Below, piece by piece: positions 18,089 through 26,495 of a DNA stretch of 64,000 bases (within the stretch, counting starts at the first letter, position 1; each line of letters begins with the position of its first letter). Under the pieces are notes generated by a model, which had not been told where the DNA came from, searched no databases, and saw only the letters and a program-made list of their open reading frames with translations. A program made the translations under genes and the position numbers. The stretch spans positions 50,369 through 114,368 of the forward strand of contig PDPP01000016.1 in assembly GCA_002747515.1 (NCBI GenBank). The letters run 5' to 3'. The stretch comes from Candidatus Moraniibacteriota bacterium (lineage in GTDB: Bacteria > Patescibacteriota > Minisyncoccia > Moranbacterales > GCA-2747515).

Positions 18089-19315
18089 TTATCGCAAAAC
18101 ACTTCCTTCAAATGTCTTATGTCCATTAATAAAATCATAAATTGGCATGACCACTTTACATTCTGGCTGTAGAGCTTCGATAATTAATGCACCATCAAAT
18201 GTCTTGATACAAAGCTGGTCACGTCCTATGAAGACAGTGCCCGGTTGCAATTCTTTTTCTTCTTCAGTTAATAATGTGGCGTTGTACGGAAAGACAGATC
18301 GTAGCTTGATTCGCATCATTTGATTCTCTTTTTCTTCCCAGTAACTAAAAATGCCTGGCCATGGATATAATGCACGGTAACGATTATAGATCTCTTGCGT
18401 TGTCTCAGTCCATTGAATATGTCCATCTTCACGATCAATGAGCTGGCAGAGCGTTGCTTGCGAGTGATTCTGTGGCTTTGGGGTGACTTCACCTGTGAAG
18501 TATTTTGGACTTAGCTCTTCGATGAGTTTTGCTGCGATTTGTGAAAGACGGTGCAATAATTCATCATATTTTTCATGTTCTTGGATCTCTGTTTCTTCTT
18601 GTGCTAAGATATCGCCTGTATCAAGCCCTTCGTCCATCTGCATAATTGTGACTCCAGTTTTTTTGAATCCAAGAAGGAGTGCATTTTGCACAGGTGATGC
18701 GCCACGTAATTTTGGTAAAAGGGAAGTGTGTATATTGATTGCGCCGTATTGTGGGAGATTTAATAAGGATTTTGGAAGTAATTTTCCATACGAAGCTACT
18801 ACAATTATATGTGGTTTCATTTTTTTTATTTTTGTAATAGCATCTTCATCAATTTTTGGCGGTTGGAAAAGTTGTATTTCGTTTTCTTTTGCAAAATCCC
18901 TTACAGGATTAGGAGCAAGTGTACGATGAATTGTAGATTTTTTCCGTCCAATCTTTTTGTCTGGTTGTGTCACGATGCCCACGATATTTGCATGAGGCCT
19001 CTTATATGCACCTTTCAATACCTCAGAGGCAAAATTACCTGTGCCCATGAATACAACATTGATGTCAGAAATTTTTTTCTCAGGAGTAGGTTGGTCTTTT
19101 TCTCTTTTCTCTTTTCTTCCTTTTATGCGTTTTGTTGATTTTTCGCTATTATTTAAGGATTTCTCTTTTTTTGTAAGAGCACTTTCTTTTGTTTTTGGTT
19201 CTTTTTCTGGTACGACATTTTTGTGTATGGCAATATGTGTTTCTTTAGTTTTCTCTTGTTCTACATTAATGTGTTTTGGTTGATTCTTTTTGATGTCTTG
19301 AATTTTTTTTCTCAT
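18089..19315 (-). CDS. fmt: methionyl-tRNA formyltransferase with about 85-aa Lys/Glu-rich N-terminal extension
   Basis: VVFMGTGNFASEVL formyltransferase core plus C-terminal domain; its ATG overlaps the def stop (ATGA), supporting the upstream start. Confidence 0.88.
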   Translation of the reverse strand: MRKKIQDIKKNQPKHINVEQEKTKETHIAIHKNVVPEKEPKTKESALTKKEKSLNNSEKSTKRIKGRKEKREKDQPTPEKKISDINVVFMGTGNFASEVLKGAYKRPHANIVGIVTQPDKKIGRKKSTIHRTLAPNPVRDFAKENEIQLFQPPKIDEDAITKIKKMKPHIIVVASYGKLLPKSLLNLPQYGAINIHTSLLPKLRGASPVQNALLLGFKKTGVTIMQMDEGLDTGDILAQEETEIQEHEKYDELLHRLSQIAAKLIEELSPKYFTGEVTPKPQNHSQATLCQLIDREDGHIQWTETTQEIYNRYRALYPWPGIFSYWEEKENQMMRIKLRSVFPYNATLLTEEEKELQPGTVFIGRDQLCIKTFDGALIIEALQPECKVVMPIYDFINGHKTFEGSVLR

Positions 19316-19797
19316 AAAATATGTTGAGGAATGTTAAACTTTTGACGAAGATTTTTTTGTCGATTGTATCGTTCAGTCATGAGTATACCATCAAGATGAT
19401 CGATTTCATGCTGACAGACAACTGACAAAAAATCACTTACTTTTAATTTTGTATGCTTTCCATTTTCATCAATGTATTGAATGGTCACTTTTTGGTGACG
19501 AAGTATATCTAATTCTTTTCCAGGAACACTGAGGCATCCTTCTTTGAATATGATCATCTCTTCAGATCGCTTTGTGATCACAGGATTGATTAATACAAGT
19601 CTCTGACCTTCAGCATTTATCACGGCAATTTGTTTAGAGATGCCAATCTGTGGTGCAGCAAGACCGATTCCGCTTTCTTGTTTCATGGTATCAAACATGT
19701 GTGTTATGATATTCTGTGTTTCTGTACTTGTTGGATCAGCGACTTTTTCTGTTGCTTGTTCTAAGACTTCTGCGCCAATTGTTACAATATCTGACAT
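19312..19797 (-). CDS. def: peptide deformylase
   Basis: GIGLAAPQIG, EGCLSVPG and QHEIDHLDG motifs. Confidence 0.92.
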   Translation of the reverse strand: MSDIVTIGAEVLEQATEKVADPTSTETQNIITHMFDTMKQESGIGLAAPQIGISKQIAVINAEGQRLVLINPVITKRSEEMIIFKEGCLSVPGKELDILRHQKVTIQYIDENGKHTKLKVSDFLSVVCQHEIDHLDGILMTERYNRQKNLRQKFNIPQHIL

Positions 19798-19911
19798 AAT
19801 TTTTATGAGTCACACTTTTTTATAATATTTATTCTTATTATGCGCTAAATATAGCTTCTCGTCAAAGATTTTGCTATACTTATTGGTGTATTTAAGTATT
19901 TATATTTTACT

Positions 19912-20340
19912 ATGCGAAATATCGGAAAAATGCGAAGAAGTAAGAAAGTGCGATTCAGTATAATCATTATATTATTGGTTATTGCAGGAATAGTGTTTGT
20001 CTTGTGGGAGAAAGCACGTGTTGGAGCGTTAATTGCAATTTTTGCGCTTTTAGCTGCATTTGGATTAGAAGCAATGGAAACTGATTGGGATATTGGGAAG
20101 GCGATCGAGACAGGTTCCATGTCAAAAGCAAAGATTCAACGTGATGAAAGTGGAAACTTAATCATTGGTGCGATGTGTGATGATCCGGATTTTGATTATA
20201 ATTGTGATGATTTTACATGGCAGGAGGAGGCGCAAGATGTAATGGAGACTTGTAATAAAAAAGGCGTCGATACACATCGACTTGATGGAGACGGGAACGG
20301 CGTAGCATGCCAAAGTCTGCCGAGTAAAAAGAATAAATAA
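19912..20340 (+). CDS. membrane-anchored Excalibur (calcium-binding) domain protein
   Basis: N-terminal TM helices; C-terminal [11 protein letters not shown] matches the Excalibur DxDxDGxxC motif. Confidence 0.6.
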   Translation: MRNIGKMRRSKKVRFSIIIILLVIAGIVFVLWEKARVGALIAIFALLAAFGLEAMETDWDIGKAIETGSMSKAKIQRDESGNLIIGAMCDDPDFDYNCDDFTWQEEAQDVMETCNKKGVDTHRLDGDGNGVACQSLPSKKNK

Positions 20341-20354
20341 TATTTAGTAAATTT

Positions 20355-21590
20355 ATGAATAAGAAGGATGTGAAAGTAAAGACAGATTCATACAAGGGTG
20401 TACGCGATTTTTATCCAAAGGAGTGGCGATTTCAGAAATGGCTTTTTTGGCAAATGGCAGAGGTGTGTGAGCGGTTTGGGTATGAGAATTATGCTGCTTC
20501 TCCTTTGGAATATACAGAATTATTTGAGGCAAAATCAGGAAAGGAAATTATAGAAAATGAAACATATAATCTCGTAGATCGTGGTAATCGCAATGTAACA
20601 TTGCGTCCTGAGATGACGCCTACAATTGCACGTATGATTGCAGCAAAAGGTGTAGAGATCCCACGACCAATTCGTTGGTATTCGATTCCAAATCTTTTTC
20701 GTTATGAGCGACCGCAAAAAGGGCGACTTAGAGAACACTATCAGTTAAATGTGGATATTTTTGGCATTGTTGGAATTGAGGCGGAGATTGAAGTGATTGA
20801 AGTGGGTGTAGAAATTATGAAGAATCTTGGTGCAGAGGAGAATGATTTTGAGATTCGTGTTAATAATCGCAAGATTATGAATGCGCTTTTTACACGATTT
20901 ACTACAGATGAAGATGCAGTGTACGAACTATCAAAACTTATTGATAAGAAAAAAAAGATTTCAACAGATAATTTCACGACTGCAGTTGAAAAGATTTTAG
21001 GTGAAAAAGCTTCAGAGTTTATCTCTGTGATTGAGAAGTTTAGTTTGGAAAACTGTATAACATTTGCCAATGCGGAAGATATCGAAAAAACAAAAAAATT
21101 ATTAAATACACTTCGAGCAAAAGGTATGAAAAATGTGATTTTTGATTTAACATTAATGCGAGGATTTGATTATTATACAGAAATTGTTTTTGAGTTTTTT
21201 GATACAGATCCAAAAAATAATCGTTCAATGTTTGGCGGTGGTCGTTATGATGATCTTCTTGATATTTTTGGCAAAGAAAAAGTGCCAGCTGTCGGATTTG
21301 GAATGGGAGATGTCACAGCGAAAAATTTTGTTGAATCACGAAATCCTAAAATGCTTGAGCAAGTATCAAAAACTGATGTTTTTATTGCTGTTGAGTCAGA
21401 AGGTCTTATCGAAAATGCAGATGGTATTGCAAAAAAAATGAGAGAAGATGGGAAAAATGTTGAAGTTGATTATAGTTTTAGAAAAATTGATCGTCAGATA
21501 CATTCTGCTGAAAGGAAAGGAATAAAAAAGGTGATTGTTGTCGAACAGCGTGGTGTGCGAGAAGTGGATTTGGTTGCACTGAATAATTGA
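20355..21590 (+). CDS. hisS: histidyl-tRNA synthetase
   Basis: YKGVRDFYPKEW, RWYSIPNLFRYERPQKGRLREHYQLNVDIFG and the anticodon-binding domain. Confidence 0.9.
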   Translation: MNKKDVKVKTDSYKGVRDFYPKEWRFQKWLFWQMAEVCERFGYENYAASPLEYTELFEAKSGKEIIENETYNLVDRGNRNVTLRPEMTPTIARMIAAKGVEIPRPIRWYSIPNLFRYERPQKGRLREHYQLNVDIFGIVGIEAEIEVIEVGVEIMKNLGAEENDFEIRVNNRKIMNALFTRFTTDEDAVYELSKLIDKKKKISTDNFTTAVEKILGEKASEFISVIEKFSLENCITFANAEDIEKTKKLLNTLRAKGMKNVIFDLTLMRGFDYYTEIVFEFFDTDPKNNRSMFGGGRYDDLLDIFGKEKVPAVGFGMGDVTAKNFVESRNPKMLEQVSKTDVFIAVESEGLIENADGIAKKMREDGKNVEVDYSFRKIDRQIHSAERKGIKKVIVVEQRGVREVDLVALNN

Positions 21591-21802
21591 TAATTGTTGA
21601 AGTTGTAATTTGGTGTAATGAATTTTACAAAGGAGAATATGTGAAGATTGTTTGTTCTTGTATTGCATTTTTATGATTTTTTCTTTGTATTATGCGAAAT
21701 GTGTCATAAGAAACTTTTGATGAGCTTGGTGAATTTATTTTACAAATTAGTGATACGGCATTTAAAGAAAAAACATATCACGTTATAAGAAATCAGCGCT
21801 AA

Positions 21803-21838
21803 TAAAATCTCCACATGTAATTATGTGGAGATTTTATT
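21803..21838. terminator. palindromic intrinsic terminator between convergent hisS and recR
   Basis: atctccacat gtaatt atgtggagat 10-bp stem followed by tttatt. Confidence 0.6.
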
Positions 21839-21968
21839 CATAAGAAAAAATCCTTAATGTTGGAAGTGTGAAAATTGATTAATATAACTAGTAATCATAA
21901 AGTAAAAAGAAGATTTATTTTTATAATATTTTATTTAATGATTGATTAGACAGAATTTAGATTGTTTT

Positions 21969-22553
21969 TTAAGAAATGCTTTCACGATTAGTAATTGCAC
22001 TACGAATGGTTATGTCGTCAGCGTATTCAATATCTGATCCTGTGGCAAGTCCTCGGGCAAGTCGTGTGATCTTTATATCAAATTTTTTTAGTTCTCGAGT
22101 TAGGTGCATTGCAGTCATATCGCCTTCTGTAGTGAAATTTGTTGCGATGAGTATCTCTTGAAATTTTTCAGTTTCTACTCTTTGTATAAGCTGTGCAATT
22201 GTGAGATTATCTGTATCACGTTTTTTAATAGTGCCTCCAAGTACATGATAAATACCATTAAAACTGTGAGAACGTTCGATTGGTATGATATCAAGAGGTT
22301 CTTCGACGATGCAGATGTTTGTATTATTACGATTTTCATCAGAACAAATTGTGCAGAGTTCATTTTGTGCGATGTTGAAACATCTTTTGCACGAAGAAAT
22401 GTTTTTTATGTTTTCGAGATCTTGGATAAACTCATTAATCTTTTCTTTATCTTGTTTAAACAAAAATAACACAAGGCGTTCTGCCATCTTTGGTCCGATG
22501 CCAGGAAGAAAGGCAAATTGATTGATGAGTTTTTGAAATGATTTTGGATACAT
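21969..22553 (-). CDS. recR: recombination protein RecR
   Basis: HhH (FLPGIGPKMAERL), C4 zinc finger (CKRCFN...CTICSD) and Toprim. Confidence 0.9.
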   Translation of the reverse strand: MYPKSFQKLINQFAFLPGIGPKMAERLVLFLFKQDKEKINEFIQDLENIKNISSCKRCFNIAQNELCTICSDENRNNTNICIVEEPLDIIPIERSHSFNGIYHVLGGTIKKRDTDNLTIAQLIQRVETEKFQEILIATNFTTEGDMTAMHLTRELKKFDIKITRLARGLATGSDIEYADDITIRSAITNRESIS

Positions 22554-22643
22554 TGTTTAGAATATAGAATGTGGAATTACGATTTGATTGTTTAAAATTC
22601 TTTTTTTGTTGGTAAATAGTAAAAAGAAATTGAGTGTGTATTT

Positions 22644-24062
22644 TCAATGATTATTGTCTTGTGTTTCTTGGTTGATGATTTGGTCAACGTGATGTTTTTC
22701 AAGATTTTTGTATGATGCAGCTTCTTCGTGAAAATACAGTTGTTTTGTACCAACTGGTCCATTACGATGTTTTGCAACAATGATTTCAGCAATACCTTTG
22801 TTTTCTGTGTCTGGGTTGACGCGATCTTCACGGTAAATAAACATGACTACATCGGCATCTTGCTCGATAGAACCAGATTCGCGGAGGTCAGAAAGTTTTG
22901 GTCGTTGATCTGGACGTGATTCAACTGCACGAGATAACTGAGAAAGTGCAATGATTGGGATGTTGAGTTCTTTTGCAAGTGTCTTAAGTCCACGAGAAAT
23001 TTCGGAAATCTCTTGCACGCGATTTTCGCTACTGCGACCTTCCATTAATTGGAGATAATCAATAATAATGAGTCCAAGATCATGCTCTGCTTGAAGTCTT
23101 CGTGCCATAGTGCGCATTTCCATGATATTTGCACTTGATGTATCGTCGATAAAAATCGGCGCTTCAGAAAGTATGCCCATCGTTTCGTTAATGTGTGCAA
23201 AATCAGAATCTTTGAGGTTTCCTGTACGTAATCGCCAGAGATCTAAGTTTGATTCGGCGGCAATCATACGGTCTACGAGTTGATCTGCGGACATCTCAAG
23301 AGAGAAAATGCCAACAGGTATTTTAGTTTTCGTGCCTACTTGACGTGCAATATCAAGTGCAAGTGAAGTTTTTCCGACAGAAGGGCGTGCAGCAAGGATG
23401 ATAAGGTCAGATTTTTGCAATCCAGATAAAAGATCATCAAGGTCCGTAAAGCCTGTTGGCACACCACGCATTTCACCACGGTTTTTGTGAAGTTCATCAA
23501 GTCGATCAAATGCTTCACCAAGAATTGTTTTAATAGATGTAAATTCTTGTTTGAGTGATTTTTGTGAAATAGAGAATAACTTCTGTTCTGCATCATCGAG
23601 TACTTTTTCAATATCTTCTGCTTCATTGTATCCCATTTCATTAATTTCTGCCGCTGCGGAAATTAATCGTCGGAGTACAGATTTTTTTTGAATAATTTTT
23701 GCATAATAAACGATGTTTGATGCACTTGTTACACTGCTGACAAGTGTGGCGAGATATGCAGGACCACCAATTTCATCAATTTTTTTATTTTCTTCAAGTT
23801 TGTTGGAGATGCTTAAAACATCAATTGGATCATTGTTTTCATAGAGTCCAAGCATTGCTTCGTAAATTGTGTTGTGAGCATCTTTATAAAAATCACCAAT
23901 ATTGACAAGGTCTGCAATTTTGGTAATCGCGTCCTTATCTACCATGAGTGCACCTAAAACAGTTTTTTCAGCATCAAGTGAATGTGGTGGCATGCGGAGA
24001 TTTGTGTTTTCAGTCATATGTTTTTTGTGATTTTTATATAAAGGTGTTCTCAAGTATAGCAT
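22644..24062 (-). CDS. dnaB: replicative DNA helicase DnaB
   Basis: PPHSLDAEKTVLGALM N-terminal domain and RecA-like core with GKTSLAL Walker A. Confidence 0.93.
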   Translation of the reverse strand: MLYLRTPLYKNHKKHMTENTNLRMPPHSLDAEKTVLGALMVDKDAITKIADLVNIGDFYKDAHNTIYEAMLGLYENNDPIDVLSISNKLEENKKIDEIGGPAYLATLVSSVTSASNIVYYAKIIQKKSVLRRLISAAAEINEMGYNEAEDIEKVLDDAEQKLFSISQKSLKQEFTSIKTILGEAFDRLDELHKNRGEMRGVPTGFTDLDDLLSGLQKSDLIILAARPSVGKTSLALDIARQVGTKTKIPVGIFSLEMSADQLVDRMIAAESNLDLWRLRTGNLKDSDFAHINETMGILSEAPIFIDDTSSANIMEMRTMARRLQAEHDLGLIIIDYLQLMEGRSSENRVQEISEISRGLKTLAKELNIPIIALSQLSRAVESRPDQRPKLSDLRESGSIEQDADVVMFIYREDRVNPDTENKGIAEIIVAKHRNGPVGTKQLYFHEEAASYKNLEKHHVDQIINQETQDNNH

Positions 24063-24142
24063 TGCTATAATTTTTTGCCCAGTATATAACTCGTGGATAT
24101 GATGTGGAAGAGTTTGGTTACGACTGATAGTGTGGCATGTAA

Positions 24143-24367
24143 TAAAAAAGACCCTGAACAGAAAAGGTCTTATAAATGAGCAAAATGAGCAAGGACTCTG
24201 TTCAGGGTTATTGTGTCACAGTTGTTGTGACATTTTTGAATTGTTGCTTAAGTGTGAATGTCGGCGTATACCCTCCTTCATTAGAATTACTCTAATGAGT
24301 TAAAATTAACCAAATGAAGAACTTTGCAACAACATAAACATTATAGCAGATGATGGTTTTTTATCAA
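24143..24367 (-). ncRNA. candidate small RNA or attenuator leader upstream of dnaB: promoter + ~190-nt structured transcript + intrinsic terminator
   Basis: On the minus strand, TTGATA (24362-24367) - 16 nt - TATAAT (24340-24345); downstream a 10-bp hairpin ccctgaacag ... ctgttcaggg (24151-24206) followed by ucuuuuuu; no credible ORF. Confidence 0.35.
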
Positions 24368-24421
24368 AATTTATCATTTTTATTCGATTAAAGAGTGTGA
24401 AGAAAATGTTTTTTGCAAGAT

Positions 24422-24451
24422 TTGAAGTATTTTGTTGTCAAGAAGTATAAT
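24422..24451 (+). promoter_or_regulatory. sigma70-like promoter (TTGAAG-18-TATAAT) upstream of proS
   Basis: ttgaag at 24422-24427, tataat at 24446-24451; about 218-nt leader to proS. Confidence 0.5.
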
Positions 24452-24668
24452 GCTATATGAAAAAACATATAGTAGTTAAGATTAGATAGTGTTTTTTAGC
24501 AGTGTCACTTGGTTTTATGTGTATTTTATAGTATGATGCGTGTGTTGATAGTTGAAGCTGTTTCATGAAAGTGTATATTGTACAACTTTTTAAAAGTATT
24601 CTGAAGCCCTGCGGGGTATAGGTTTTTCTTTTTTTCAAAAAACGTATAATAACTTATTTTTTAGAACA

Positions 24669-25901
24669 ATGAAACAATCACAACTTTTTACAAAAACGCA
24701 AAAATTTGCACCAAAAGATGAAACAAGTAAAAATGCACAATTGCTAATACGTGCAGGTTTTGTACACAAAGAAATGGCTGGTGTATATAGTTTTTTACCA
24801 TTAGGGTGGCGTGTGATGAATAAAATTATGCACATTATTCGTGAGGAAATGAATGCAATTGACGCACAAGAAATGTTTATGTCCTCTATTCAATCACAAG
24901 AGAATTGGGAAAAAACTGGTCGGTGGAGTGACGAGGTAGTGGATGTGTGGTTTAAAACAAAATTAAAAAATGGAACTGATGTTGGTTTGGCTTTTACACA
25001 TGAAGAAGCAATTACAAATATCATGAAAAACTATATTGCTTCTTATAAAGATTTGCCATTTAGTGCATATCATTTTCAGACAAAATTTCGTAATGAAGTG
25101 CGTGCAAAAAGTGGTGTGATGCGCAGTAGAGAATTTATCATGAAAGATTTGTATTCGTTTATGCGCACACAAGAAGAACATGATGTATTTTATGAAAAAG
25201 CAAAGCAGGCATATATTAATGTATTTGATCGATTAGGAATTGGTGAACAAACATTTGTAACATTTGCGTCAGGTGGAACGTTTAGTAAATATTCTCATGA
25301 GTTTCAAACAGTGTGTGATGCGGGAGAAGATATTATTTATATTAGTGATGAAAAGGGAATTGCGATAAATGAAGAGGTGTATAACGATGAAGTGCTTGCA
25401 GATCTCGGACTGAAAAAAGAAGAATTACGAAAAGAAAAGACTGCAGAGGTTGGAAATATTTTTTCACTTGGCACGAAGTTTTCTGATGGATTTGATTTGG
25501 TATATCGAGATAGTGATGAGAAAAATCATAAAGTGATTATGGGTTCTTATGGCATTGGTCCAGCAAGGTGTATGGGTGTTTTAGTGGAACTTCTTTCTGC
25601 AGAAGAAAAAATGATTTGGCCAAAGGCAGTGTCTCCATTTGATGTGCATCTTATAAGCTTAAATCAAAACGAAAAAGCAAATGAAGTTTATGAAAGATTG
25701 GTACAGGCTGGGGTAGATGTGCTTTATGATGATCGTGATATGCGCTCAGGAGAAAAATTGACTGACGCAGATCTTATAGGATGCAATAAGCGTATTGTTC
25801 TTGGGAAAAATTCACTTGTTAATGGTGTTGTTGAGTTTAGCAGGGGAGGTACGGATATCAAAGAAGTAAAATTTGATGAAATTCCTACATTATTTATGTA
25901 A
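24669..25901 (+). CDS. proS: prolyl-tRNA synthetase, short form lacking the INS editing domain
   Basis: LLIRAGFVHKEMAGVYSFLPLGWRVMNKIMHIIREEM with class II motifs; 410 aa. Confidence 0.85.
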   Translation: MKQSQLFTKTQKFAPKDETSKNAQLLIRAGFVHKEMAGVYSFLPLGWRVMNKIMHIIREEMNAIDAQEMFMSSIQSQENWEKTGRWSDEVVDVWFKTKLKNGTDVGLAFTHEEAITNIMKNYIASYKDLPFSAYHFQTKFRNEVRAKSGVMRSREFIMKDLYSFMRTQEEHDVFYEKAKQAYINVFDRLGIGEQTFVTFASGGTFSKYSHEFQTVCDAGEDIIYISDEKGIAINEEVYNDEVLADLGLKKEELRKEKTAEVGNIFSLGTKFSDGFDLVYRDSDEKNHKVIMGSYGIGPARCMGVLVELLSAEEKMIWPKAVSPFDVHLISLNQNEKANEVYERLVQAGVDVLYDDRDMRSGEKLTDADLIGCNKRIVLGKNSLVNGVVEFSRGGTDIKEVKFDEIPTLFM

Positions 25902-26032
25902 ATGTTAATAACTTGATGGAGGAAAAAGTTTTTTTAAAAAGGTTTTTGTATTATTTTTATTTTGCATGTTTTGAAAATATTTTCCAAAAAAGGTGATAAT
26001 ATTTATGGCATATGTGGTCAATATGCTGACAT

Positions 26033-26063
26033 AAAAAACCGAGAAATTAAGATCTCGGTTTTT
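26033..26063. terminator. bidirectional intrinsic terminator between proS and the yegP-like gene
   Basis: aaaaaa ccgaga ... tctcgg ttttt: A-run on one side, T-run on the other. Confidence 0.6.
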
Positions 26064-26086
26064 GTTATGTTTTTTTGTAGATATTC

Positions 26087-26419
26087 CTATTTTTCTACAT
26101 CAAAAACTTCTGCATCTGGTGCATTTTTTCCTACAGATTTTATGCCATTTTCCATGCTTGTTTTTGATTCGTACATTTCACTTGATCCAATAATTTCTTT
26201 GTTGCGAGCAACAAGGTTAAAAAAGTGCTTTCCATTTTTTGACTCTTTTCGATCAAATTGTGCATCTTTTATGGCATTTGTTTTTACAGAACGAATACCT
26301 GCTTTTGCAGATGCTTTTGTCTGATAACCTTGACTTGCTAAGATTACTTGACCATTTCCAGCTTTAAGGCGAAAATAAAATGTTTGATTATTTCCTTCGT
26401 ATACTTCAAATTTTCCCAT
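26087..26419 (-). CDS. YegP/DUF1508 (UPF0339) family protein, two repeats
   Basis: Tandem ~50-aa repeats (FYFRLKAGNGQVILASQGY, HFFNLVARNKEIIGSSEMY). Confidence 0.6.
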   Translation of the reverse strand: MGKFEVYEGNNQTFYFRLKAGNGQVILASQGYQTKASAKAGIRSVKTNAIKDAQFDRKESKNGKHFFNLVARNKEIIGSSEMYESKTSMENGIKSVGKNAPDAEVFDVEK

Positions 26420-26495
26420 ATTTTTACGTATTTTTAATTATTATGCGAATACTTTTATAATATACTGCTTTTGCAAAAAATGTACAAATCTATAA

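Noticed and set aside
24590-24640. T-box or attenuator upstream of proS (ccctgcgggg + T-run)
   Set aside because: The stem is only 3 bp and no T-box consensus (GGTGGTACCGCG) is present. At most it is a weak hairpin.
24063-24668. oriC with DnaA boxes next to dnaB
   Set aside because: No TTATNCACA-like boxes are visible, dnaA and dnaN are absent, and gene orientation in the window converges (terminus-like) rather than diverges.
24453-24835. Track ORFs 24453..24638 (-) and 24635..24835 (-)
   Set aside because: They lie in the proS promoter, leader and 5' end, have no RBS, and are antisense to a strongly supported gene.
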